Below are positions 25,501 through 37,737 of a stretch of 64,000 bases of DNA, piece after piece; within the stretch, counting starts at the first letter, position 1; each line of letters starts with the position of its first letter. The notes under the pieces were generated by a model. It had not been told where the DNA came from. It saw only the letters and a list, made by a program, of their open reading frames with translations, and searched no databases. The position numbers were made by a program, and so were the translations under genes. This DNA is from Plasmodiophora brassicae (lineage: Eukaryota), in assembly GCA_036867785.1 (NCBI GenBank), contig CP145412.1, forward strand, positions 682,001 through 746,000, in the 5' to 3' direction.

Positions 25501-25885
25501 CCCTCGTCAAACCGGGCACGTCCCCGCCCTGACAGCGGATGATTCCGAGACGAGGGCCACGACCACGCGTTAACGACTCTCACATCTGTGACTGCTGACA
25601 TTCCGTTCCACGTCATCAACCAGTCGCTCGGCTCTAGGCTCGGTAAACGATCTACGCGCCATGGGGTCGACCCGGTACGCTAACCAGACAGCCGTACAGT
25701 TGGGCAATCCAGCAGCGCTCTGGATTGCGTTTCTACGGCTGCTGTGTGATCGAGCGTGATCGCAAACCGAGGGACGAACCTCTACCGCTCCGCCGAGGAT
25801 TTTCGAACGCGTCTATCATCGAGGAAAGTTTCTCATGGTACGTAAAGCACCTAAACGTTCAGTAATGGTGTAGTCAGACAGGAGC

Positions 25886-27454
25886 TCACATCGTACCCGC
25901 GGTTCGTTTCGATCGCATTATGCTCGACGTCGCTGATGATTTCGCCGGAGACGTGAACCGAGAACCGTCGGCCGGCGCATTGTTTCGGCGTATAGGCCGA
26001 AACATGGCAACTCGCGAGGCGCTGTCAACAGCGCGACCGTTCAGAAACAGCCCGTAGGCTATGGTCCAACCGGGAGGTGAGAAGAAGAACTGGAGGAAGC
26101 AGATGATGATCAACGACGCGACGACCTGCATCGCCATCGACATGGACAGCATCAGAACGCAGCGACTGATGCGACGCAGGAACGTGTTCACTGCGGTGGT
26201 GTTAACGGTCCCTTGCACTGACTTAGCGACCCGGCTCACCTCGCGGTGATACCTGCACACCTCTACAGGCAATCAGTGCCAACGAGGATGACGCAACGTC
26301 CGACACCGACCGTAGATGATGTGTGAGCCGACCAGGATTTGAAGAGCGAGGAAGGTGGCGGTTACCAGGGCCTGGAACGCGGTCGTCCTGTGGTATTGTG
26401 ACATTAAGATCGAGAGTGCCGTGCTGATCGACAACGGGACAAGGCAAAGGGCAGCTGACCCCCACCACCAATCGCCACGAAACAGGCGAGTCATGACCGA
26501 TGGTTTTTCGACTGGAAACGTCTCATGCAGCTTCCGGTTCCAGACGATGGCAGCCATCTTGCTGCAGGCGAATCCCTCCCCGGACATAGCGGTCATGAAG
26601 TAAAGAACGACGGGCGCCGGCAGATTGCTCGTCGAACACCACCCTCCTATGACGAGAGCGAGTCCAAGAATCGTCGCCGAGACCGCCTCGGTCAACAGGA
26701 TCATTAGTTGCAGGCCGCTGATGCGTTCCCAGATATATGTCACTCGTCGTCGCATAGTGCGGCGTTCCACAGAGTATTGCGCCAAGAAGCTGTCGCTTAT
26801 GAGACGAATGTGCATTGTCAGGAAGGTCGCCGCGGCCAGACCGGCTGCGATGAGAACGCAGCCAGGGAGGAATCGCAGAAACGTCTGGTAGTACCAGGAA
26901 CCGAAAACAGGCTTCCAGACATTAGGATCAGGGGACACCCTGGCTCTCATACCGGTTTTGAGGGCCGCGTGCAATTTCCTGGATGGGCTGATCTGAAGGA
27001 ACATCATATCCATGCGACTCGTGACAGCGGCCAACTGAGCATCACGTCGGTATAGGTTATACCCTGGCGTCACACGTGACTTGGAAACTGTGCAAAAGTC
27101 AGTAGGGTGGTCTTGAAGTGGTTGATGGTACACAGACTGACATAACACAGCTTTGGCGCCGGCCGCCTGGAAATGAAGGTACATCTTCTCGTAGGAGCAC
27201 GTCGACGGTGGGTCTAAACCGAGGACGACGATTTTATCCTTGAGGTCGCCCCTGTCGGACGGGTCACACGGATCTGTTACCACGACACGTATGACGCCTT
27301 CGAATGGGTTCGTCAGGGGCTTCTGTGGTCCAACAGTGGCCGATATGGCCGGGCTGTACAGAGACACGCTCCCGAACCCTTCGACGCTGTCGATAACGTC
27401 GAAAGTGGCGCATGCCGCCGCCGCCAGACAGACGCCGGCCAGGAGAGCTCGCAT
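25886..27454 (-). CDS. Signal peptide + PA domain + 7TM receptor-like protein (copy A), 3 exons
   Basis: MRALLAGVCLAAAACA signal; PA-like DPCDPSDRGDLKDKIVVLG...CSYEKMYLHFQAAGAKAVL; seven hydrophobic helices; introns 27141-27088 and 26310-26263. Confidence 0.8.
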
Positions 27455-28674
27455 GGTCAATCGGCAATCGGCGCGCAAAGCTTGTCGATAGACGGTTTGC
27501 TCGAATGCGGAAGGCCTGTCTAGAATTGGGGTCCAGGCCACGGAACTGAGGTCCGCGTCTGCCCAATGCCACGGGGTTGTGTCCTCAGTCAGAGCCCAGT
27601 CAGGCACAGTCCGACGCAACTGACGCAGTTCCGGCCGCCACGTGCAGGGGACAGAGGTCTGACTGGCCATCACGAATTCGGGCCCTGTGTCCAAGTCGGG
27701 AACAGGCGCCCGCGGGCTGGGGACCGGCCGCGCTATGACGTAGTGCGTGGCGTGGATCGCGCTCGTTTTCCGGCTAGATGACGCGGCACCGACGAAGAGG
27801 AAGGCCGGGGGCGGCAGCAAGGTACCCGTGCTCCGACTAAGGCAGCTCGTGTTGCCGAGAACCCGCGCAACGGGCTCAACGACCTTAAAGCATGAGGTAT
27901 TTCCAGCCACAGTACTAGTATCAGCGAAGTTACGGACACACTGCCCCTGACCCGCTGCAGAGTTCTGATTTGACTCCGCGAGGCCCTTTACCTGCAGGCA
28001 CAGCGACGAAGAGTCGGACGACGGTGACAACGGTGGTTCGTCCCGACGTGCCCATTCTGTCATCAGAACGGAGCCGATACGCTGACCGGGTTGAATTCAA
28101 ACCGGAGGTCGAAGGGGTTCACGTCTTCGTAAAGATTCCAGAAGCGCTGCTGTTACTCGAAGTTCGCGAAGGCGCGCAACCACGAAAGGTCAGAGTTGGT
28201 TAACATCTCTGGGCGTCAGGGACCTCGATTTTGTCTGGGTATATTAAGGATTACTTTTAGCTGGCTCTAATTCCTCTCCTATACAAGCCTATTAACGCAT
28301 TGGTCAGTGCGCCCGCGCTGAACACGGCCTAGCGCAGGTGAGAAACTCGCTGCTGGGAAACGACTAATTCATTCCTGCATGCCACCCAATCTGCCCGATG
28401 TCCCCGTACGCTTATACTTCGGTTTGTCGCGGGCGCACGGTCCCCGTCTGAGCTGTTGTCGACGTCCGAGAGCGTCGGGCTCGTGGCGATACGCCGGAAG
28501 CACAACGTGTCCCATTTACTGGTGCGCATATGACGTCGAACCGAGGGACGAACCTCTACCGATCAACCGAGACGCGTCTATCATCGAGGCCAGCCAGTGA
28601 TGGTACGTAAAACATCTCAAAATTCAGTAATGGTATAGACCAACGGGAGCCTAAACTCGTAACCGCGGTACCTT

Positions 28675-30228
28675 TCACGGCACCATGGTCAACGCCGATG
28701 TTGAAGTCGGCGGGGACGTTGTCGTTGTGAACCGAGAACCGTCGGCCGGCGCATCCTTTCGGCGTATGGGCCGAAACATGGCAACTCGCGAGGCGCTCTC
28801 AACGGCGCGACCGTTCAGAAACAGCCCGTAGGCTATGGTCCAACCGGGAGGCGAAAAGAAGAACTCCAGGGAGCAGAGGATGACCAACGACGCGATGACC
28901 TGCATCGCCATCGACATGGACAGCATCAGAACGCAGCGACTGATGCGACGCAGGAACGTGTTCACTGCGGTGGTGTTAACGGTCCCTTGCACTGAACTAG
29001 CGATCCGGCTCACTTCGCTGTGATACCTGCACACCTCTATAGACAATCAGTGCCAACGTGGATGACGCAACGTCCGACCCCGACCGTAGATAATGTGTGA
29101 GCCGACCAGAATTTGAAGAGCGAGGAAGGTGACGGTTACCAGGGCCTGGAGCGCGGTCGTCTTGAGGTATTGTGACATTAAGATCGAGAGTGCCGTGCTG
29201 ATCGACAACGGGACAAGGCAAAGGGCAGCTGACCCCCACCACCAATCGCCACGAAACAGGCGAGTCATGACCGATGGTTTCTCGACTGGGAACATCTCGT
29301 GCAGCTTCCGGTTCCAGACGATGGCAGCCATCTTGCTGCAGGCGAATCCCTCCCCGGACATAGCGGACATGAAGTAAAGAACGACGGGCGCCGGCAGATT
29401 GCTCGTCGAACACCACCCTCCTATGACGAGAGCGAGTCCAAGAATGGTCGCCGAGACCGCTTCGGTCAACAGGACCATTAGTTGCAGGCCGCTGATGCGG
29501 TCCCAGTTATACGTCAGGCATTGTCGCGAAGTGTGGCGCTCCACAGGGTACTGCGCCAAGAAGCTGTCATTCATCAGACAAATTTGCATTGTCAGAAAGG
29601 TCGCGGCGGCCAGACCGGCTGCGATGAGGACGCAGCCAGGGAGGAACCGCAGAAACGTCTGATAGTACCAGGAACCGAAAACAGGCTCCCAGACATTAGG
29701 ATCAGGGGACACCCTGGCTCTCATACCGGTTTTGAGGGCCGCGTGCAAGCTCGCGGATGGGCTGATCTGGAGGAGCATCATATCCATGCGACTCGTGACA
29801 GCGGCCAACTGAACATCACGTCGGTATAGGTTGTACCCTGGCGTCACACGTGCCTTGGAAACTGTGCAAAAGTCAGTAAGGTGGTCTTGAAGTGGTTGAT
29901 GGTACACAGACTGACATATCACAGCTTTAGCGCCGGCCGCCTGGAAATGAAGGTACATTTCCTCGTAGGAGCATGTCGATGGTGAGTTTAAACCGAGGAC
30001 GACGATTGTATCCTTGAGGTCGCCCTTGTCGGACGGGTCACACGGATCTGAAACCACGACGCGTATGACGCCTTCGATTGGGTCCTTCAGGGGCTTCTGT
30101 GGTCCAACAGTCGCCGACATTGGCGGGCTGTATAGAGACACGTTCCCGAACCCTTCGACGCTGTCGATAACGTCGAAAGTGGCGCATGCCGCCGCCGCCA
30201 GACAGACGCCGGCCAGGAGAGCTCGCAT
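28675..30228 (-). CDS. Signal peptide + PA domain + 7TM receptor-like protein (copy B)
   Basis: Near-identical paralogue of copy A with the same intron positions. Confidence 0.8.
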
Positions 30229-31503
30229 GGTCAATCGGCAATCGGCGCGCAAAGCTTGTCGGTAGACGGTTTGGTCGAATGCGGAAGGCCTGTCTCGAAT
30301 TGGAGTCCAGGCCACGGAGCTGAGGTCCGCGTCTGCCCAATGCCACGGGGTTGTGTCCTCAGTCAGAGCCCAGTCAGACACAATCCGACACAACTGACGC
30401 AGTTCCGTCCGCCACACCGAGGTCTGACTGGCGTTACAGTTTCAGGCCCTGATTAGTGGCCGTGTCGTGAGCGGTCGTCAGCGGAGCCGTGCTATTCTTG
30501 GCGTAGTGCGTGGCGTGGATTGGGCTCGTTGTAAACCTGCCAGGCACCGGCGAGGAGGAAGGCAGGTGACGGCCGCAAGGCAGCCGTGCTCCGACAAAGG
30601 CAGCTTGTGTTGCCGAGGACGCTGCTTGAATTGCTCACTGTAAAGTACGAGATTGTTCCAGCTGCAGCAGGTAGACTAGCGAATTTCCCGACGCTCTGCC
30701 CCTGACCCGCCGCACAGTTCCGATTTGACCCCGGCGACTCCTGTACCTGCAGGTATCGACGACACGTGGACGTGCTCATTTACGCTGCCTGACTTGCCTG
30801 CGTTCAGAGTTTATTCGCTGTGGCTCCATTTGTCTGCTGAATAGGACTGACGACGCTGGTATGTACCCATGTTTACACATGGCCACGTGCAGCATGCCAG
30901 TGTACAGCTGGGGCAGGGTATCGATGGTGCTGTGGATATGGCGAATGCGGCCGGTGTTTGGATATCGACAGCGATGTTGACGCTGCTTCTGATGGCTCGA
31001 CCGACCTGGGCGGAGAGCGTCTGTATGAAATGGTTAGTACTGGAGTTGCTCATCGACATGTTCTGGTACGATGCTGTCCAAATGTGAACCGTCGTTCGCG
31101 TGTGGCGAATAGGTAGAAGGCGTCTACTACGGAAGGGGACCGCTTGCGCTTCGCGCGGCCGTGTCGTAAACCGGAAGATCGGGGAAGTCAGACTGAACGT
31201 TTCGGATTCTACTACGCAACCACGTCGTTGCTCTGGATGGGGTCATAACATGTCAGAATAACGCCAGCGACATTGGCGATCGTTGATAGCTATTGCGAAA
31301 GGACGAAGAACGAAAGCACAGGCGTGGACTGCGCTTTGGTAGCAAACAGGGTGGCTGAACTCGTGCTGTTCACGGTGGTGGTACGGTCTCCCAATGAATG
31401 CCTACCCGTCTCGGCTATCAGAACGTCGACAACGTACAACCGGAACAAGTCAACGAAATACATAAAACCTCAATGTTCAATAACAGTATAGCAGTCAACG
31501 GGC

Positions 31504-33101
31504 CTACTGCGTAATCGAGGCTCGATTCGACGACGTCATGGCCGATATCCCTGATGTTGTCGTCGTCGGGCACGTTGCTGTTGTGATCGTCAGTGGGGCA
31601 CCGTCAGACGCCCGTGTCTTTCGCCGTATGGGTCGGAACATGGCAACTCGCGAGGCGCTGTCAAAAGCGCGTCCGTTCAGCAGCAGCCCGAACGCTATGG
31701 TCCACCCGGTAGGCGAATAGAAAAACTCGTAGGAGGAGACGATGATCAACGACCCGCCAACCTGCATCAGCATCGACATGGACAGCGCCAAAATGCAGCG
31801 GCTGATGCGACGTAAGAACGCGTTCAGTGAGCTGGTCTTAACAGTGTCCTGCACTGACGTGGCGACCCGGCTCACCTCCCAGTGATACCTGCACACCTCT
31901 ACAGACAGTCTGTTTGCTCAGCACCGAGAAGGATTAGACAATATCGGATGACGGACCATAGATGCTGTGGAAGCCAACGAGGATTTGTAGAACGAGGAAT
32001 GTGACAGTTACGGTGCCCTGAAAAGCAATTGTCGTGTGGTACTGCGAGAATAAGGTCGACATTGCCGTATTGAGCGACAAAGGAGCAATCGCCAGGGCTG
32101 CAGAACCCCACCACCAGTCGCCACGAAACAGCCTCGTCAGAACCGACGGTTTGTCGACAGGAAACAGCTCATGAAGTTTCCGGTTCCAAACGATAGTCGC
32201 CATGATGCTACAGGCGAACCCCCATCCGCATAGGCCGCACATGAAGAATAGGACGACCGGCGCGGGAAGGTTGCTCGTCGAGCACCACCCTCCAATGACA
32301 ACCACGAGACCAAGAATCGTCGCCGTGATCGCCTCGATGAAAAGCATTGTAAGTTGCAAGCCGCTGATACGATCCCAGATATACGCCAGGCGTCGTTGTG
32401 TGGTGCGACGCTCGACAGGGAAACGCGCTAGAAACCTGTCATTAACGAGAGAAACATGTGTGACCAGGAATGTCGCGGCAGCCAGACCGGCTGCGATCAG
32501 CACAGTGCCAGGCAGATAACGCAGGAACGTCTGGTAATACCATGAACTGAAAACCGGCTCCCAGACGTTCGGGTCAGGGGACACACGGGCCTTCATGCCG
32601 GGCTTAAGGGCCGCATGCAACTCTGGCGATGGACTGATCTGAAGGAACAGCATGTCCAGGCGACGTGTGATGGGAGCCAACTGCGCATCTCTTCGGTACA
32701 GGTTGTATCCAGGCGTTAGGTGCGGCTTAGGGACTATGCTCCAAAGTCAGTAGGGTGCCTAACAATCGGTGGCGGTACAAGGACTGACATAATACAGCCT
32801 TAGCGCCGCCCGTCTGGAAGTCAATATACATCTTCTCGTAGGAGCATGGCGACGGTGGGTTTAAACCGAGGACGACGATCTTGTCCTTGACGTCGCCGAT
32901 GTCAGCTGGGTTACACGGGTCTGCAATCACGACGCGGATAATGCCTTCGATGCCCGGTTGCTTTGGATCTTGGGGCCCAACCGTGGCCGACATGGGCGGG
33001 CTGTATAGAGACACGCGCCCGAACCCTTCGACATCATCGATAACATCGAAAGATGCACGCACGACGACTGCCAGGCAAACCAATAGTCGTAGATCCCTCA
33101 T
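31504..33101 (-). CDS. Signal peptide + PA domain + 7TM receptor-like protein (copy C)
   Basis: MRDLRLLVCLAVVVRAS signal; colinear with A/B but more diverged; its first intron is frame-breaking, which confirms the shared splice site. Confidence 0.8.
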
Positions 33102-34531
33102 GACAAGATTTCGACAGGCGGTCAGGTCGCGCAGGAATGCCCGCTTCGTGACTCGGAGAATTCAAATCGAGTCACTGCGCAACGACTAATCCTGTAATCA
33201 ATCCAGGTTTATGGTGGGCATATGTAATCGGTGAGTGATTCGCGTACGTGCTAGCGGCATGGCGTCTGGCCTCATTGCGGACACTGACCGCTGATAATAG
33301 TTCCAAATCGTCGAGATCCAGAACGTGTTCGACCGGAACAAACGCTGCAAAGAACAGGATGCGAGCAGAGTAGATACTCGACTGTGGTTGACGACAGCAG
33401 GCGTCTGATGGTGGCACATCTGTGCCATCGGGCCACAGATGACCACCCCGGCAGACCTTGTATGTGACAGATGGCGACGTCAGATCACCCGCATATCGAG
33501 AAGGCGTCTGCGCAACACATTGATAGATTCGATTGTCGCATTCAGGTCGTCATCAGGAGCATCAGTAATTTCGTCACTTGGTGTCTACGAAATGACCATG
33601 AGCACTTACTTTAGTTAACAAACCGATGTGTTATTACCAATGAGTTTCGACGAAAACGTGGCTAGCGCGGTTCGAAGCAAGCTTCAGCATATTATTTTCC
33701 AGAGAGTTGTATCCCTTTGACCAAATCATGTTCGGTACCTGACGTTTCTGCAGCTTGTTGCTGATCTCGCCGACCAGGAGATCAGAAAGCCTGAGCCCAT
33801 TCTGGTACGTTGTGAAATTCGTTTCGCGTCACTCATTGAACTGATGCTTATTGGAATGCGCATCGCTCTCCAACAGCGCTGGGCGGAGCTCAACAGAGAA
33901 AGTGTCTCCAAGCCTCATGACAGTCATCGTTGGTCGATGTTGACGCCGCCGACGGTCCTCATCAACTGAGCCGCAGAAGCGGGTTGCCGTTCGCTCTGAG
34001 CTTGACGAGCAATCTCAAAGAAACGTTTGCCGGCGGCGATCCCGTTTCTGTTCTGTTGGAGCTGGGAATCGGCCGCTGCGCGACAGAGCCTATTATTCTC
34101 GCATGTGCTCAAGGAAGAAGTCCCGAGAAGCGTCACCGGCAGTATTGTCTGGTGGGTCAATGCATGGTCCCAGACTGCGCGCGCGGTCGACTCATTCAGC
34201 TGAGGACGGCTTGGACGACACACGATGACGACGACGCTGGTGGCACTTCCAAAAACGACTGTCTTCGCCATGACAATCGCAACGTGCCCGGTCTGGAGCA
34301 GAATTTGGCCCCCAATGCAGCCGTCTCTAAAACATTACGCCACTCCGACCGAAATGGCATTCTCCGCCGAAAATTCTCGATCTTTGATGGCAGCCAGACG
34401 CGCCCTGAGTATATCGCAAGCCAAGCCGCCAACTTTCCGAACAACCATCGAGACGCGGTCGCCACCAGAGAACGCCGATCGGCCTGCTCTACGTCGATAT
34501 TCTTTTGCGTCCGGGAGACAGATCCGGCCAA

Positions 34532-35587
34532 ATGCTCTTCACCTGCCAGGCCTTGACCTGGTGTGCTCTGGCGGTCGGCGTACTGGCTCGGGACCCGTAT
34601 CGTCTAGCAGGCATCGTCGCTGGGCCGGGCACGATTGCGACCGGTTTCGTTCGCGTTCGGGATACCGAGGTCGACAAGGGCACTCAGATCCCGGTCTCAG
34701 TCGTCCACGGCGCTCATCACGGGCCGACTCTTCTTCTGATCGCTGGGATCCACGGCTCCGAATATAACCCAATCGTCGCTCTCCAGCGCCTGCCGTCCGT
34801 TCTCGACCCAAAACACCTTTCCGGCACCGTTGTCGTGGTACACATTGCCAACCCTCCCGCCTTCTTCGGCCGTACGATCTACACATCGCCGCAAGACAGC
34901 AAGAACCTGAACCGCCTCTTTCCTGGCAAGTCTAACGGCACCGTCAGCGATCGAATTGCTCACGTTCTCAGCGAGCAGTTCATTGCCAGAGCCCATGCTG
35001 TCATCGACCTACATTGTGGCGATGCCAACGAAGATATGCTGCCATGGGCTGGATACTATGCCGGCATTGGGGGCCATGACCTCGTTAGCCAATCGCGGGC
35101 GCTGGTCGAAGCGTTTGGCGTCTCGCCCATCGTTCAGTTCCCATTTCATCCCACATCCGTTTCAGAAACGATATATACAGGGCCGACGGCGCTCACGCTG
35201 GGCATTCCATCCTTTGACGTTGAAGTCGGCCGGCTTGGACAGGTGGAAGGTGACCTCGTCGAGACGATTGTGGACGGTTTGAAGAACGTCATGAGGTACA
35301 TGGGAATCCTACCTGAACAGCCTCTGCCCATTCGTACGCCTTGGTACGTTGCGAAGCGTGATTTCTACGTATCGCACTACTCTGGATTCTTCTACAACAA
35401 AGTCAAGGCCGGCGATCATGTCAAGGAGGGCCAGACGATCGGCCACACCACCGATGTGTTTGGCGAACCGCTGCAACATGTGACAGCGACGAATCCGGGA
35501 ATCGTGCTGCTCGTCGTCGCTCGTCCAGCAACCAATGCGAACGAGTCTGTCGCCGTTGTTGCTGTCCGTTCCGACCCTGGTTTCTGA
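34532..35587 (+). CDS. Secreted M14 succinylglutamate desuccinylase/aspartoacylase-family hydrolase, intronless
   Basis: Signal peptide; GPTLLLIAGIHGSE, NLNRLFPG, IDLHCG, EVG; C-terminal barrel-hybrid-like segment (VKAGDHVKEGQTIG). Confidence 0.85.
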   Translation: MLFTCQALTWCALAVGVLARDPYRLAGIVAGPGTIATGFVRVRDTEVDKGTQIPVSVVHGAHHGPTLLLIAGIHGSEYNPIVALQRLPSVLDPKHLSGTVVVVHIANPPAFFGRTIYTSPQDSKNLNRLFPGKSNGTVSDRIAHVLSEQFIARAHAVIDLHCGDANEDMLPWAGYYAGIGGHDLVSQSRALVEAFGVSPIVQFPFHPTSVSETIYTGPTALTLGIPSFDVEVGRLGQVEGDLVETIVDGLKNVMRYMGILPEQPLPIRTPWYVAKRDFYVSHYSGFFYNKVKAGDHVKEGQTIGHTTDVFGEPLQHVTATNPGIVLLVVARPATNANESVAVVAVRSDPGF

Positions 35588-35770
35588 AGTCGACCCTAAA
35601 GCGTCGCCCAATTCTGGGTTTGCCCTCCCGTTCAACGGGTATACATCTGGCCCCACAAGGTCCTGTAGATGGCTATGACGTTCATTAGCAGTTCCAGGTT
35701 TAGTCGACATGCATCATTGGCGTTGTATAGAAGGAATGAGCTTGCCGATATTCCTGTCCTGTATTTGGCG

Positions 35771-37342
35771 TCACTCGGAATCGCTTACGAGGTCGTGTGC
35801 GGTTCTGGCGGGGCGATGTTGAAACTGCTTAGGCCGGTTCTTCGTCGTCGTGCGCCGCTGGCCGTCGGGACCAACATCAGTAGGACCGACAGGAACTGCT
35901 GAGCTTCGCTCATGTCCACTGAGAGGAACTGATGCCCTTTCGCGTGTGGCAGAGGGCTGTGCAGAACGCATGCAATCCGGTGCCCTCTGCGACTTGTGCG
36001 CTTTGGGGCGCAGCGGGAACGCAGGCTGGATTGGGACAGATTTGTGGAAGAAGGGTTCGACACGGGGATAAGCCGTCGGTTTCGGTTTGGGCCGAAGACA
36101 CTGGTAGGCTAAAGCGGCCAGTGCGCTGATCACCGTCACCAAGAAGATCGATAGCAAGATCAGATAGAGGTTCGCTGAGAGGGTATTAAGCACGCTCGAC
36201 GAGGGGTTGTCCGCCAATGTCCCGTTCGAAATGGCCCTGGAACGATCACGTCAGACGGCGGCAGGCATCGGGACACGCCAGCTCACATCGTTGTCTTCAT
36301 GACCTTGCTGGTTGGACTCCTAACCGGCGTTCTTATTAATGTCGGGCGAATGCGAACGGCTTGGCTGACAGTATGCCTCTCCATCGTAGAAGCCGTTCGC
36401 TGTCGTGTGGGCAGTAAATTGGTAGTATTCCTGGTTGGAGTCGTCGTGTGCACGGCGCATGGCAGCAAAGTGTTATTTGGGAGGGAATTAGGGAGCGGCA
36501 TGCACGTTAAGGTGGGGCTCGTTACGCTGAAGGCACTGTTAGACGCGTGGCTTGGTATGCAAAATTAGCTGGCGTTACCAACATCGTCGTTAGTGAAGGC
36601 GCCGAAGCAAACAAGCCTGGTGGCAGCCACGTCAGGGATGGGTTGTTGTCGATTGAACTGGTGCCAAGCAATATCCTTAGGCGGGCGTCGACGGTGGGTT
36701 AACAGACGTACATTTGCAACAGGTGCGGGACCCCGTTGAAGTTTCCTAATGCTATGGACGTGATTGCGTTCGACGACAACGATCTAAGCGACAACAACAG
36801 GGCCGGTTCAGGGCGACATCGACATATTGCGTCAACCACAGGAACAGACATGTTCGTCAGGCTACTGAAGTTATTGAACGTGAAGGCCGGAATCGATGTG
36901 ATTCTGTTCCCTTTTAAGGATCTGATTTGCGACACTGATGTTACGAAGGTTCCATCTCGCTGCGCTGCCTTGAGCGCTCTTACATTTTCTGAATTCGTCT
37001 AAGGCCATCGAACGTATGCGGGGCAATCATCGATACGACGTTGTTGTCTATGGATCTAGATGAAGAGGTTAGTAAATCGCACTGGTGCTTCCAGGTGTAC
37101 TTACAAGGTGTTCACTAACGTCAGGTTCTGAAACCACGTTGAATTAAGCATCGCGATTCGAGTCGTTGAGGGCACCGTTCTATCGTCAAGTCACGCACGA
37201 CATGAAACGAGTTGCATTGCGATTACATGGTTGTCGGGGACTTGCAGAAGGACGGATACCAGGAGCACACGTTTGGGACGGAGGCCATACAGACGGCAAC
37301 GTTAATGAAAACAGTGACCAGAGGACACGCAATGGGTCCCAT
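35771..37342 (-). CDS. LRR receptor-like type I membrane protein, 8 exons
   Basis: Signal exon MGPIACPLVTVFINVAVCMA; LRR exons 37179-37105, 37055-36984, 36921-36850, 36783-36712, 36657-36583; Thr-rich stalk; TM LYLILLSIFLVTVISALAALAY; cytoplasmic tail. Confidence 0.8.
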
Positions 37343-37737
37343 TGAGGTCACCGCCACGTCTCGACGTCGTTAATCATGCAGTACATCAGGCGTGCAGATC
37401 GAGAAGGGTACCATTAGACGATGGAAAACAGGTACCGCATCTGGTCGTGTCGGACAGGTTGTCATTGTTTCAGGTACGTCCGGGCCCGACTTTGCAACAC
37501 CTAGCGTACAAGACGCGGTCTGGGGTTTCGTCGCGCGTGCCCGACGTGCCGCGTTAAGCAGCCTCCTGCCGAATACAAACGTACAACCATGTGCTAGTCT
37601 GCTGGGTGCGGCTTCACGTCCATTAGTGTGGCAACAGTTGGGCCGGTTCACGGCTGAGTTTGACCGGAGTCTATTCACCGAGTCTCAGACAGATTTCCGC
37701 GGCGGGCGTTCAGGACAAGGTCGGACCGCTGGTTGCG

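Larger units (their letters stand above)
25765..30753. repeat. Tandem segmental duplication (units ~25765-27998 and ~28539-30753)
   Basis: Both units start AACCGAGGGACGAACCTCTACCG (offset 2774) and end near CCTGCAGG; long identical runs across gene, introns and ~500 bp upstream. Confidence 0.92.

Noticed and set aside
27455-28063. ~200-aa N-terminal extension of the 596-aa ORF of receptor copy A
   Set aside because: The equivalent region is interrupted in copy B and absent in C; the signal peptide begins at 27454.
30790-31490. Possible spliced gene remnant between receptor copies B and C
   Set aside because: Splice-like signals are present but no coherent ORF or motif could be assembled.
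33172-34500. Short ORFs between copy C and the M14 hydrolase
   Set aside because: No recognisable domains or consistent coding pattern.
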